Part shown: piece after piece, positions 1-9,013 of the stretch | Layout of the letters: every line of letters starts with the position of its first letter | Numbering within the stretch: the first letter of the stretch is position 1 | Assembly (NCBI GenBank): GCA_044227095.1 | Contig: JBGAFV010000001.1 | Location: 1,625,127-1,689,126, forward strand | Direction of reading: 5' to 3' | Source of the DNA: Chitinophagaceae bacterium | GTDB lineage: Bacteria > Bacteroidota > Bacteroidia > Chitinophagales > Chitinophagaceae | DNA: 64,000 nt | The notes under the pieces: generated by a model | What the model saw: the letters and a program-made list of their open reading frames with translations, nothing else | Database searches by the model: none | What the model was told of the DNA's origin: nothing | Program-made: the position numbers and the translations under genes

Positions 1-367
1 ATTATTGCTGGCTGCGGCTTTAATAGCAGTAAAGCTTCATAATTTTAAATTGCACAAAGCGCTGATGATGACAGCTATGGTACTTTCTGTTATCTTCCTG
101 CTTTCTTATGTATGCCATCATTTATTTGCAGGAGATACTAAATACGGTGGCGTTGGCGGCATCCGCTATTTCTATTTCTTCATCCTCATTACACATATTT
201 TTCTTGCAGCGGTTATTATGCCTTTTGTATTGTTTACAGCATATCGGGCACTTATATCAGAATTTCCGCAGCATAAAAAACTGGCACGCATCACCTGGCC
301 AATTTGGTTTTATGTATCCATGACAGGTGTGTTGGTGTATTTATTCATCAGCCCTTATTATCATTAA
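1..367 (+). CDS. DUF420-family integral membrane protein, 5' partial (the reading frame is open to the window edge)
   Basis: Translation LSVIFLLSYVCHHLFAG...ITWPIWFYVSMTGVLVY matches the DUF420/YozB-like membrane family. The first codon in the track is TTG and the frame is open upstream, so the N-terminus lies outside the window. Confidence 0.55.
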   Translation, partial: LLLAAALIAVKLHNFKLHKALMMTAMVLSVIFLLSYVCHHLFAGDTKYGGVGGIRYFYFFILITHIFLAAVIMPFVLFTAYRALISEFPQHKKLARITWPIWFYVSMTGVLVYLFISPYYH

Positions 368-371
368 TATT

Positions 372-833
372 ATGGAACAGGTAAAAGGCAATTACATAAA
401 ATCTCTGAAAATAGTGCACAATGCATTGTTGATTGGCCAATTTTTATTTCTTGCAGTTTCAATATTTATAGTAGCAAAAAATTCTCCGGTAGTTTCTTCT
501 TCATTAGACAAAACACTGCAGGTAGCTGCTTTAGTAATTTCGTTTGCTGCTGTATTTGCATCTGCAAACATTTTTAAAAACAGGTTAGCTGCTATAAGTT
601 CAATAACTGAGGTTACAGATAAAGGCAATCAATACCGTGCAGCAAATATTATAAAATGGTCTTTAATAGAAGGTCCGGCAATCTTTGTAATTATTTGTTT
701 CTTTATAACCGGTAACTATTCTTTTGCGGCATTGGCATTGGCATTGATTATTTATTTTTTCTTATCGGGGCCTTCTAAAATAAAAATGATGCTGCAAACG
801 CAGTTGAGTGAGCAGGAGATAGATGATTTATAA
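372..833 (+). CDS. hypothetical multi-pass membrane protein
   Basis: ATG at 372 follows the upstream stop at 365-367. The product has hydrophobic helices (LLIGQFLFLAVSIFIVA, AIFVIICFFITG) and no recognisable domain. Confidence 0.4.
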   Translation: MEQVKGNYIKSLKIVHNALLIGQFLFLAVSIFIVAKNSPVVSSSLDKTLQVAALVISFAAVFASANIFKNRLAAISSITEVTDKGNQYRAANIIKWSLIEGPAIFVIICFFITGNYSFAALALALIIYFFLSGPSKIKMMLQTQLSEQEIDDL

Positions 834-1220
834 TAATTGTTCCGCAGGATCCCAGAATAGGTTTTTAAAATCTACTACAGTATCGTTTTTTACTTTTATA
901 CCTTCTTTCTTTAAGAGCATTTCCATTTTATTTCCACCAAAATGATGTTTGCCGCTAAGCATGCCATTGCGATTAACCACCCTGTGCGCAGGTACTTTTG
1001 GTTTTGCACTACCGGCACCATTCATTGCCCAGCCCACCATGCGTGCAGATAATTTTGTACCAAGACAATTGGCGATAGCTCCGTAAGATGTTACCCTGCC
1101 TTTTGGTATTTGCCTCGCAACTTCATACACCAGTTCAAAAAAAGAATGTTCTTTTTTACCTGAAGGATTTACCGCCACCAGTTTTTCTTTTACAACTACT
1201 TTCTTTTTTTTGATGGACAT
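828..1220 (-). CDS. MGMT-family DNA-binding protein (methylated-DNA-protein-cysteine methyltransferase C-terminal-like, Atl-like)
   Basis: Motif VARQIPKGRVTSYGAIANCLG...PAHRVVNRNG is typical of the Ada/Ogt C-terminal DNA-binding fold. The product is short (130 aa). Confidence 0.65.
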   Translation of the reverse strand: MSIKKKKVVVKEKLVAVNPSGKKEHSFFELVYEVARQIPKGRVTSYGAIANCLGTKLSARMVGWAMNGAGSAKPKVPAHRVVNRNGMLSGKHHFGGNKMEMLLKKEGIKVKNDTVVDFKNLFWDPAEQLL

Positions 1221-1257
1221 TTCTAAATTATTTTAGTGAATTGCTTATGCAACAAAT

Positions 1258-1310
1258 GGAACGCAGATTTTTATGATTTTTACAACGGGTGCTGATTTTT
1301 TTATGAACTC
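1258..1310. repeat. solo GGAACGCAGATTTTTATGATT module plus degenerate second copy
   Basis: Matches the terminal inverted-repeat module of the 12771 and 37231 elements. Confidence 0.45.
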
Positions 1311-1367
1311 AATTCATTCAACCTGTATTCGACTTATGCCTTTGCCTTTCACCTTATCTTCCACCTT

Positions 1368-1559
1368 TTACCCTCTACCTTTTTTCTTCCCTTTCATTAA
1401 TTCAGTTCTTTTTGGCTCAGGTACATTTTCATAATTATACGGACAATGCCTGCAACCATTACCACAGCAATAACCTTTGGAAAGATGATATTTTTCTGTA
1501 AATACCATCAGCCCGTTTTCGTAGTAAAAATCAATGCCATGTTTCAGCTCCGGTTTCAT
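1368..1559 (-). CDS. small cysteine-rich protein (DUF5522-like)
   Basis: 63-aa product with CCGNGCRHCPY motif. It overlaps the 3' end of trmB by 29 nt. Confidence 0.45.
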   Translation of the reverse strand: MKPELKHGIDFYYENGLMVFTEKYHLSKGYCCGNGCRHCPYNYENVPEPKRTELMKGKKKGRG

Positions 1560-2250
1560 CTTCTTTTAATTGCTCTTGTAATGATTTGTCAATATCAGGA
1601 AGTGGCGTTTCAGGAAGCTTGAATTTTAAGTAATGAATACGGCTGCTTTGCGCAATATCAAGACTTTCATAATAAGTTTTTATCTGCAATTCTGGCGAAA
1701 GATCTATTTGTGCATAAAGGTTGTTGTAATCTTCTGCTACTTCAAGCTTGTACAAAGCAATCACAAGTTTTGTAAAATTGTATAAAACCGGTGAATCTGT
1801 TTTTAAATGAATAAAACCATTGGGTTGTATGATTTGTTGATAAAGCCGCAAAAATTTTGGATGCGTCAATCTTTTTTTTGCTTTTGAAATGCGCAATTGC
1901 GGATCGGGAAATGTAATCCAGATATCTTCTACTTCAGCTTTTTTAAAATAATCTGTTACTTTATCAATATGGGAACGAACAAAAGCAGCGTTGCCTAAAC
2001 CCTCTGCCTGGCATTTTTTGGCACCGGTATAAATGCGATTGCCTTTCAAATCTATACCTATAAAATTCCTTTGCGTGTACATCCTGGCAAGGCCAACCGT
2101 ATATTCTCCCTTGCCGCACGCAAGTTCCAGCGTAACGGGATTATTATTTTTAAAAAAGTTATGCCACTGCCCCTGCATGTTTGCGGGGTACTCCAGCACA
2201 TTTGCAAATCCCTTAATTGCCTCAAAACGAATGAGTTTTTTATGTCCCAT
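1531..2250 (-). CDS. trmB: tRNA (guanine46-N7)-methyltransferase
   Basis: LELACGKGEYTVGLA...IGIDLKGNRI...ITFPDPQ are TrmB SAM-MTase motifs. The start was chosen at internal MGHKK (ATG rc at 2250), and the longer N-terminal extension is unlikely. Confidence 0.8.
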   Translation of the reverse strand: MGHKKLIRFEAIKGFANVLEYPANMQGQWHNFFKNNNPVTLELACGKGEYTVGLARMYTQRNFIGIDLKGNRIYTGAKKCQAEGLGNAAFVRSHIDKVTDYFKKAEVEDIWITFPDPQLRISKAKKRLTHPKFLRLYQQIIQPNGFIHLKTDSPVLYNFTKLVIALYKLEVAEDYNNLYAQIDLSPELQIKTYYESLDIAQSSRIHYLKFKLPETPLPDIDKSLQEQLKEDETGAETWH

Positions 2251-2404
2251 AAGCATGCAAATGTAAAACCCGGAAGCGGTAGGGCGAATTTTTATAGCAA
2301 AAGAATTGTTGCTGTTCGGCATTAACAAGCCAATACGTATTGGTTACAAATAAAATGAGGGGAAATACGTTTAAACTCTGGTAACATGAATTATTCCAAT
2401 ATCC

Positions 2405-3127
2405 GTGCCCTTAAAAACCCATATCAACCAGCTTATCTTCTGGCTTGCAGCAATATTTGTTGCGCAGATAGCTTCCGCACAGGATAAAGTTTCTTCACTT
2501 TCTATTAAGCCTACAACAGATTTTGACCAGCGTTTTTACTACACACCCGGCGATGTACAAAATGTTTGGGGTTATCGCATTGGTGTGCTGATAAAAGATA
2601 AATTCAAAACGGGTATTGGAGCTTATTATATGAATGAAACAAGCAAATTGGCATCGCCTATTAATTTGCTGAATGGTAGCACAACTAATGATGTTTATTC
2701 CATCAATAAAAAATTATACCTCGGCACCGTTTATTACGAGCCCTATCTTATACGCCGCAATTTGTGGGAAGCCAGTCTTGTTTTTGAAACTGGTTATGGA
2801 AGAACTTCCAACACTGTTAGCGACGAAAAAAATATTCAACCGGCGCAAGACATTAACGCATTATTCATTCCAGCCGGTGCAGGCCTTTCTGTAAATCTTA
2901 AACTTCCTGCATTGTTCCATATAGAATGTTTGCGCTGGATTGGCATTAATGCAATGGCAGGATACAGAACTGTAATTTACCAGGGCGATAAACAGTTTGA
3001 TTATAATGGCGCTTACTGGAGCATTAGCGGTGCAATCTTCCTGGATAGAGTGGTAGATGATGTTCACCACTGGAAAAAAGAAAGAGAGATTGCACGCAAC
3101 AAAAGAAAGACGGAGATTACTTTCTAA
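2405..3127 (+). CDS. secreted hypothetical protein with signal peptide (possible outer-membrane beta-barrel)
   Basis: GTG start, with N-terminus LIFWLAAIFVAQIASAQ as signal peptide. The product has alternating beta-strand-like segments rich in Y/G. Confidence 0.45.
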   Translation: MPLKTHINQLIFWLAAIFVAQIASAQDKVSSLSIKPTTDFDQRFYYTPGDVQNVWGYRIGVLIKDKFKTGIGAYYMNETSKLASPINLLNGSTTNDVYSINKKLYLGTVYYEPYLIRRNLWEASLVFETGYGRTSNTVSDEKNIQPAQDINALFIPAGAGLSVNLKLPALFHIECLRWIGINAMAGYRTVIYQGDKQFDYNGAYWSISGAIFLDRVVDDVHHWKKEREIARNKRKTEITF

Positions 3128-3157
3128 ATATTTCCAACTTTAATTCAGAATGTGTTA

Positions 3158-3433
3158 TTATGGAGATACCAATGCATTTTCGTTGATCTCATTCTTTACT
3201 TCTTCAATAATATCATCCAAACCTGCATACCAGTCTAAATGCGGACTGGAAGCTTTACAACCACCGGCATGTTGAATGCATTGTGTATATTCCCATTGTT
3301 TGCCACAGCCGGGGCAACGTGCAGCCGTTGAAAATGTATCCCAAACTGTTCCGCAAGTGCATTGCCAGTATGCTTCCCCATCAGGCTCCCATTTACATTT
3401 TGGGCAGCAAATTTGAATATCATCTAAAGCCAT
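3158..3433 (-). CDS. zinc-ribbon small protein
   Basis: CCPKCKW...CTCG...CPGCGKQW gives multiple CxxC pairs. The start was chosen at MALDD. Confidence 0.4.
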   Translation of the reverse strand: MALDDIQICCPKCKWEPDGEAYWQCTCGTVWDTFSTAARCPGCGKQWEYTQCIQHAGGCKASSPHLDWYAGLDDIIEEVKNEINENALVSP

Positions 3434-3472
3434 AGAAAACGTTTTAATAACGAATTCAAAATTAAACAAAAC

Positions 3473-3928
3473 TTACCAGTTGTTTTCCTGGTCTTTGTTA
3501 GTCCTTTCTAATTTTTTTGGGGGATGTATTTTCCATAACGGATCATACCACACAAAAAATGCCAGCCATCCTGTTCTGGAAATGCGCATCAACCACGGTT
3601 GTACAGCAATCATAAACACTGCATTAATGATTAACCAGTACAACAGGCTGTCTTCATTTTGAAAGCCAATAAATTTCCACCACAACAAAAAAGTAACAGC
3701 ACTTATAGCAACAGTTAATGCATAGCTTACATAACCTGCACCAAAATAAAAACCTACTTCTATATCTAGCGGTTGCTGGCATACGGGGCAGGTTTTATTC
3801 ATCTTTAATGTATTCTTTAGGTGCCAGGGATTTTTATCAATAAACATATTTCCTTTTCTGCACCTCGGGCATTTGCATGCAAGCAATTGCAAGGCGCTTG
3901 CGTTTTCTTTTTCTGTTTGTTGGTTCAT
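3473..3928 (-). CDS. DUF983-family membrane protein
   Basis: CPRCRKG...CPVCQQ zinc-ribbon followed by TM helices (FGAGYVSYALTVAISAVTFLLWW) is the DUF983 architecture. Confidence 0.55.
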   Translation of the reverse strand: MNQQTEKENASALQLLACKCPRCRKGNMFIDKNPWHLKNTLKMNKTCPVCQQPLDIEVGFYFGAGYVSYALTVAISAVTFLLWWKFIGFQNEDSLLYWLIINAVFMIAVQPWLMRISRTGWLAFFVWYDPLWKIHPPKKLERTNKDQENNW

Positions 3929-3971
3929 GTTTGTAGGATTAACCTGGTCTATAGTAATCATTATAATATTT

Positions 3972-4865
3972 TTAGTAGGTAATCATTTGTTTTCTGAATT
4001 CATCTGGCGTACAACCTTGGCTCTTTTTAAAAAAGCGGTTAAAGTAAGAATTGTCCTGGAAGTTGAGTGTGTACGCAATTTCGGTAACCGTCATATCCGC
4101 ATTGGTGAGTAATCTTTTTGCTTCCAATAATATTCTGTCTCGTATTAATTCGCCTGCTGTTTTACCCAGCAGATCTTTACACAGTGCATTAAGGTGGTTG
4201 GGCGTTACATACAACAGGTCTGCATATTCTTTTGGCAGTTTTACAGAGAGATAATGTTGATCTATCAACCGCCTGAAATTCCTAAGCAGCAATTGTTTCT
4301 GCTGCGGAATAATTTTTTTATGATTGTTTTTGCAGGCTTCTTCTACGCTAATAAAAAGATCAAGAAGTAATAACCTTATGGCATCAAGACTAAAATCATT
4401 TTCTTTTTTTTCTGCTGCCAGTATTTCTTCAAACAAGCCAATTATTTTGTTTTGAATAGTTGCAGGCAAATGACAAACACCGTCTTCACTTATTCCACTG
4501 AAAAAAGAAAACCGATCAAGATAGTTTGGGTTTAATAAAAAAGAACGAAAGATGTTTTCAGAAAAGTTAACAATATAGCCATCTGCTTCACCCGTAAAAT
4601 TCCAGCTATGCACCTGGCCGGGAACCATAAAATAAATATCAAAAGGCCTTACTTTAAATTGAGTAAAGTCTATGCTATGTGTTCCCGCACCTTTAGTAAA
4701 TAAAACAAAGTGATAAAACGAATGACGATGCGGTTTGTGCAATGATGGAGAATGACGTTTAAGATAATGGCCAAACCTTTCTGCCAGCAAATCATTTTTT
4801 TGCTGTTGTTTTTCAGACAGGCTGCATATATCGTAAACAGGTATTTTTTCTTTGCGCATAACCAA
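3972..4865 (-). CDS. AraC-family transcriptional regulator
   Basis: C-terminal HTH TVTEIAYTLNFQDNSYFNRFFKKSQGCTPDEFR is the AraC signature. The N-terminal region is a cupin-like sensor domain. Confidence 0.8.
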   Translation of the reverse strand: MVMRKEKIPVYDICSLSEKQQQKNDLLAERFGHYLKRHSPSLHKPHRHSFYHFVLFTKGAGTHSIDFTQFKVRPFDIYFMVPGQVHSWNFTGEADGYIVNFSENIFRSFLLNPNYLDRFSFFSGISEDGVCHLPATIQNKIIGLFEEILAAEKKENDFSLDAIRLLLLDLFISVEEACKNNHKKIIPQQKQLLLRNFRRLIDQHYLSVKLPKEYADLLYVTPNHLNALCKDLLGKTAGELIRDRILLEAKRLLTNADMTVTEIAYTLNFQDNSYFNRFFKKSQGCTPDEFRKQMITY

Positions 4866-4991
4866 CTTTATAACAAGGCAAAGGTAATCCTGCTTGTATA
4901 ATGGCTATAACACCATTTATTGGTTTTATGGTGTTTTTTACTGATCTGCGCTATTGCATATTATATAATTAAACAAGAATAAAGATGTCTT

Positions 4992-5028
4992 AAAAAAAGA
5001 AAACCCATTACATCATGTAATGGGTTTT
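4992..5028 (-). terminator. intrinsic terminator of the minus-strand ncRNA
   Basis: Perfect 14-bp hairpin AAAACCCATTACAT/ATGTAATGGGTTTT, followed on the minus strand by TTTTCTTTTTTT. Confidence 0.6.
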
Positions 5029-5032
5029 TAAA

Positions 5033-5190
5033 GCTGTAGGGGGAGGAGTCGAACCTCCACGGGGCAGTTAGCTATAGCACAAAGTTGAGTGGTCGACCCT
5101 GGTCGAACGAGTATCGCTACCCATTCGGCTCTATGCTACGTTTATCCTGTGACCCCCACCCCCGAGACAAGAGGGCATGTCTGCCAAAGA
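5033..5190 (-). ncRNA. unassigned structured small RNA (~150 nt) with tRNA-like T-arm at its 3' end
   Basis: The 3' end has GGAGG-TTCGACT-CCTCC (canonical T-loop). The 5' region TGTCTCGGGGGTGGGGGTC can pair with the 3' GACTCCTCCCCCTACA. An intrinsic terminator follows immediately, and an AT-rich promoter region lies upstream at 5195-5340. Confidence 0.4.
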
Positions 5191-5343
5191 TTTCATCACC
5201 CCACAGTATTTAAGAACGTTGGAGTGCAATATTAAAGAAAATACCCAATACGTTGAAAATATTTTAAACATTTTTTCAAAAAATTAGATATTTTATACGT
5301 TTTTTGCGTAAATTGTAGAATAATCTTAAAAATCAAACTAAAA

Positions 5344-5817
5344 ATGGGAACAAAATTAAATCTTGACAAACTGGACCTGCAAATCATCCAGGAAATGATG
5401 GAAAATGCAGGCATATCCTATGCAGATTTGGGGAAAAAGCTCTTTGTTTCAGGGGGAACTATACATGTCCGCATCAAAAAACTGCAGGATGTTGGTATAG
5501 TTAAAGGTACGAAACTCAATGTGGATATTAAGCAATTGGGTTATGATGTTATCGCTTTTATTGGAATTTATCTCGAAAAAAGCTCCTTATACGATTTTGT
5601 GGCAAAGGAATTGCGTAATATACCCCAAATTGTAAGGCTTAATTACACCACGGGCAATTACAGCATGTTTGCTGAAATTGTTTGCAAAGACATCAACCAG
5701 CTACGTTTTGTACTGCACGATGAACTGCAAAAAATAAAAGGCATAGAAAGAACAGAAACCTTTATTTCCCTGGAAGAAAGTTTTGTGCGCAATGTGCATG
5801 TGTACGATGAAAAATAA
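5344..5817 (+). CDS. Lrp/AsnC-family transcriptional regulator
   Basis: N-terminal HTH LDKLDLQIIQEMMENAGISYADLGKKLFVSGGTIHVRIKKL, plus a C-terminal RAM domain. Confidence 0.85.
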   Translation: MGTKLNLDKLDLQIIQEMMENAGISYADLGKKLFVSGGTIHVRIKKLQDVGIVKGTKLNVDIKQLGYDVIAFIGIYLEKSSLYDFVAKELRNIPQIVRLNYTTGNYSMFAEIVCKDINQLRFVLHDELQKIKGIERTETFISLEESFVRNVHVYDEK

Positions 5818-5892
5818 ATTAAGTGCCAAAGCGTTTTAAAAGCTGTGGTTAGTGTTAAGCTGTAGTCCAAATCCCTGAAAAATTAAATTGCT

Positions 5893-6300
5893 ATGAAAAA
5901 GTTTGTTCTTGTATTTGCATCTTTCCTGCTGCTTGTATCTGCGATTGTATTGCCTTCCTGCAAAAAAAGCAAAGCACCAACAGAACCTGTTCTAACGGTT
6001 GAAACAACGCCTGCCAATAAATCAAATAATCTAAATGTGCTTGGTCCAGATTTTCCGCTGAAAGTGGAAATTACTTCTGCTATGCCAGCAAGTGGTGTAA
6101 AAATTGAAGTTACTGCCAACACAGACGGTTCTACCGGGCCTGCATTTTTTACAGCTACAAATAATTCAACAGCACCACAGAATAATTATACCATTACAGG
6201 CACTCCCAATGGCGTTACCTGTGTGGTAAATATTACTGTATCTTCTCTTAGCACGCCTACTAATGTTTGGAAAGGAACTTATAAATACTCAAAGAAATAG
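5893..6300 (+). CDS. hypothetical lipoprotein
   Basis: Signal peptide plus lipobox LVSAIVLPSC. The mature part is Thr/Asn-rich. Confidence 0.45.
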   Translation: MKKFVLVFASFLLLVSAIVLPSCKKSKAPTEPVLTVETTPANKSNNLNVLGPDFPLKVEITSAMPASGVKIEVTANTDGSTGPAFFTATNNSTAPQNNYTITGTPNGVTCVVNITVSSLSTPTNVWKGTYKYSKK

Positions 6301-6548
6301 TCGCTAGTCGTTTGATGCAACAGAATTGATTTTTTGGAGCATACATTAGATCTGTATTCAACATCGTTGTGTCACTCACTTGTACTGCGGTAATACTGCT
6401 GATCAATTAATCGACCACTCCGCTTTGTCATGCTGTAATCATCTCGTGAAAATAGAACCGCAAGAATTGTAAGCAATAACATCATTGCCATTCCTTTACT
6501 ACCGACTACGAACTATCGACTCCTTACTCCCGACTGTCGACTCACGTC

Positions 6549-7628
6549 TCACGATTTTACATTCAATGCATCCCTTAAACCATTACCCAATAGATTAAAG
6601 GCAAGTACCAATAACATTATCGCAAAGCCCGGTGCAAGTGCCAGCATGGGGTTATGTGTAATGATAAAATTATAGTTCTCTTTTATCATTAGTCCCCAGC
6701 TTGGTTGTGGCGGTTGTACGCCAACACCCAAAAAGCTAAGACCTGCTTCAATAACAATAGCGGATGCAAAATTAGATGCACCAACTACCAGCACCGGCCC
6801 GGCAATATTGGGAAGTATATGCCGAAAAATAATCCTACCCGGCGCATAACCAAGTGCACGGGCAGCTTCTACATATTCAAGTTCGCGAACAGCAATTACC
6901 TGTCCTCTTACAATTCTTGCTACTGTAACCCACATGGTTAACCCTATTGCTACAAATACCTGCCAGAAACCTTTGCCCAGTAAAAAAGTAACAGCAAAAA
7001 CGAGTAATAAAGTTGGTATGCTCCAGATAACATTAATGAACCACATAATAATGTCGTCTGTTTTGCCACCAAAATAACCAGCCAGTGCACCCAATACAAT
7101 ACCGGTAGTAAGCGAAATAATTACTGCTATTAATCCCACACTTAAACTCACACGTGTACCTATAATAAGCCGGCTTAAAATATCCCTGCCATATTTATCT
7201 GTGCCCAATAAAAATTTTTTGCTAACAATATTCTTTTCCGGTGTTTGTGATGATGCAAATGCCATTCGTTCTTCTACACCATCATCAATAAATTTTTGTA
7301 CAACTATGCTATCCTTTTTTTGAACATAAGAGCTAACGGGCAACCATGTATAAGCATCGGCACGTCCATACAACAAGCGCATAAAAAAATTAGTATTGCC
7401 AGTTTGATTTTCTTTTTTTACCAGCAGGAACTGTTGTGTGTAACCTGGTTTTTTTCCGCCAATTTCTACCGTCATCCTGTTTGCAAAAGGAGAATCATCA
7501 GGCGCTATAAAGTAAGCGAGTATAGCAGTAAGCATAGTTATTGCTATACTCGCCATACCAAAAACAGCAGCTTTGTTTTTCTTAAGCCTTCGCCATGCAG
7601 CCTGTTGTATAGATTCGCTTACGGGCAT
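6549..7628 (-). CDS. ABC transporter permease (DppC/OppC-type), orphan
   Basis: The C-terminal half has the canonical EAA-loop region LEYVEAARALGYAPGRIIFRHILPNIAGPVLVV. The start is at MPVSESIQQ (ATG rc at 7628). No ATPase or substrate-binding partner gene is nearby. Confidence 0.75.
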   Translation of the reverse strand: MPVSESIQQAAWRRLKKNKAAVFGMASIAITMLTAILAYFIAPDDSPFANRMTVEIGGKKPGYTQQFLLVKKENQTGNTNFFMRLLYGRADAYTWLPVSSYVQKKDSIVVQKFIDDGVEERMAFASSQTPEKNIVSKKFLLGTDKYGRDILSRLIIGTRVSLSVGLIAVIISLTTGIVLGALAGYFGGKTDDIIMWFINVIWSIPTLLLVFAVTFLLGKGFWQVFVAIGLTMWVTVARIVRGQVIAVRELEYVEAARALGYAPGRIIFRHILPNIAGPVLVVGASNFASAIVIEAGLSFLGVGVQPPQPSWGLMIKENYNFIITHNPMLALAPGFAIMLLVLAFNLLGNGLRDALNVKS

Positions 7629-7761
7629 TGAAATGATTTTTATCGTGAATCGCCAATTGTGATACATGAGACGACAGTCGTGAGGTCTATCCGAAAATTC
7701 AAGCGGCTTTGCAGTTTTACTCACGTTTGCCGTCTCCCGACTAAAGACTCCTGACTCCCGA

Positions 7762-8895
7762 CTACTTCAACTTCCTTCCCTTCCATTCATAACTTTTAAA
7801 CTGTCCTAAAAAACCAGAAACAACAATATAAAAGATGTGCAATGGTTGTAACAAAAATAACCATGGCACTAATGACTGTTGTCCAAAAAATGCAGCCACA
7901 TCTTTTACAAAAAATACTTCCATAAAAAATTTTGCTACCCACAGCAATGCAAAGAATATTAATGCAAGCTTGCTGAAAATACCCATCAGCAAAAAACAAA
8001 AAATAAAAAGATTGGTGAGGTACACCAGCAATAGCGCAAAGAAAATTGCTTTCTGGTTATAATGCGTTGCTTTGCTTGCCCAGCGTATGCGTTGCTGAAA
8101 AAATGCTGCCCATGTTGCCGCAGGTAATGTTGTTACAATAGCTTCTGGCGATTTTATAAACCCAAGTTGTTCCGGGTATTGTTTTGAAATTTTATTCATC
8201 AGCAACATATCATCGCCACTGGCAATATTGTCAATACCAGTAAAACCATTTACCTGGTGAAACACTTGCTTTTCGTATGCAAGGTTAGCGCCATTGCACA
8301 TGTTGTGAAAGCGTTTAAAAACTGTACCTGCAGTTATGCCCTGCATGGTTAAAAAATCAAGTGCCTGGAATTTAGATAAAACCGAAGATCCATCTTTAAT
8401 TTTTACTGGTGCTGCTATAAAAACGTTGTTTGATTGCTGGTGAAAAGCCGCAATGTTTAATAGCCATGATGGCCCGGCAATACAATCTGCATCAGTAGTT
8501 ACAATTAATGTGCCGCTGGCCATCTCAATCCCTGCTTCTATTGCTCTTTTTTTTGGTGCAGTATTTTTATCAAGCGGAGGAAGTTTTGTACAAATGATTT
8601 GTATCCCTTCATAAGCAATACTATTCGCTATTGCAAAAGTATTATCAATAGAATTATCATCTATTACTATTACCTGGTAAAGATGAGCAGGATAATTTTG
8701 TTTGCAGATACTATGTAAACATGCTGCTATATTTTTTTCTTCATTCCTTGCAGGAACAATAACTGATATTTTTATTGAAGGTGTAAATGAACCAGCGCTA
8801 AAACCAGGAACTTCTTTCCACCAGCTACTATAAAACTGAAACAGAATGCCATACGCCAGCAATAAAAAAACAGCTATGTAAAAAGAAATTATCAT
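7762..8895 (-). CDS. family-2 glycosyltransferase with integral membrane domain
   Basis: VIVPARNEEKNIAACL...VIVIDDNSIDNT...TTDADC (DxD) is the GT-A signature. N- and C-terminal TM helices are present. ATG is at 8895. Confidence 0.8.
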   Translation of the reverse strand: MIISFYIAVFLLLAYGILFQFYSSWWKEVPGFSAGSFTPSIKISVIVPARNEEKNIAACLHSICKQNYPAHLYQVIVIDDNSIDNTFAIANSIAYEGIQIICTKLPPLDKNTAPKKRAIEAGIEMASGTLIVTTDADCIAGPSWLLNIAAFHQQSNNVFIAAPVKIKDGSSVLSKFQALDFLTMQGITAGTVFKRFHNMCNGANLAYEKQVFHQVNGFTGIDNIASGDDMLLMNKISKQYPEQLGFIKSPEAIVTTLPAATWAAFFQQRIRWASKATHYNQKAIFFALLLVYLTNLFIFCFLLMGIFSKLALIFFALLWVAKFFMEVFFVKDVAAFFGQQSLVPWLFLLQPLHIFYIVVSGFLGQFKSYEWKGRKLK

Positions 8896-9013
8896 AGCTG
8901 GCAAGATACCAAAATGAATTTATTATGGTGCGATGATTAGAAAACGATAAAAGCACAGGATATTCCCTGTGCTTAGTCCTGCAAGGACGATGTATTAGAA
9001 CGATGGGCAAATT

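Noticed and set aside
2033-2325. Plus-strand ORFs 2033..2266 and 2071..2325
   Set aside because: They are antisense to trmB.
5033-5190. tmRNA (ssrA) interpretation of the minus-strand RNA, suggested by the GGGGGT-ACAGGAT 5' similarity and T-arm-like 3' end
   Set aside because: The transcript is only ~150 nt between promoter and terminator. There is no recognisable tag-peptide reading frame ending in ALAA-stop and no pseudoknot-sized body. A + strand Lrp gene with its own promoter occupies the space where a 350-nt tmRNA would have to extend.
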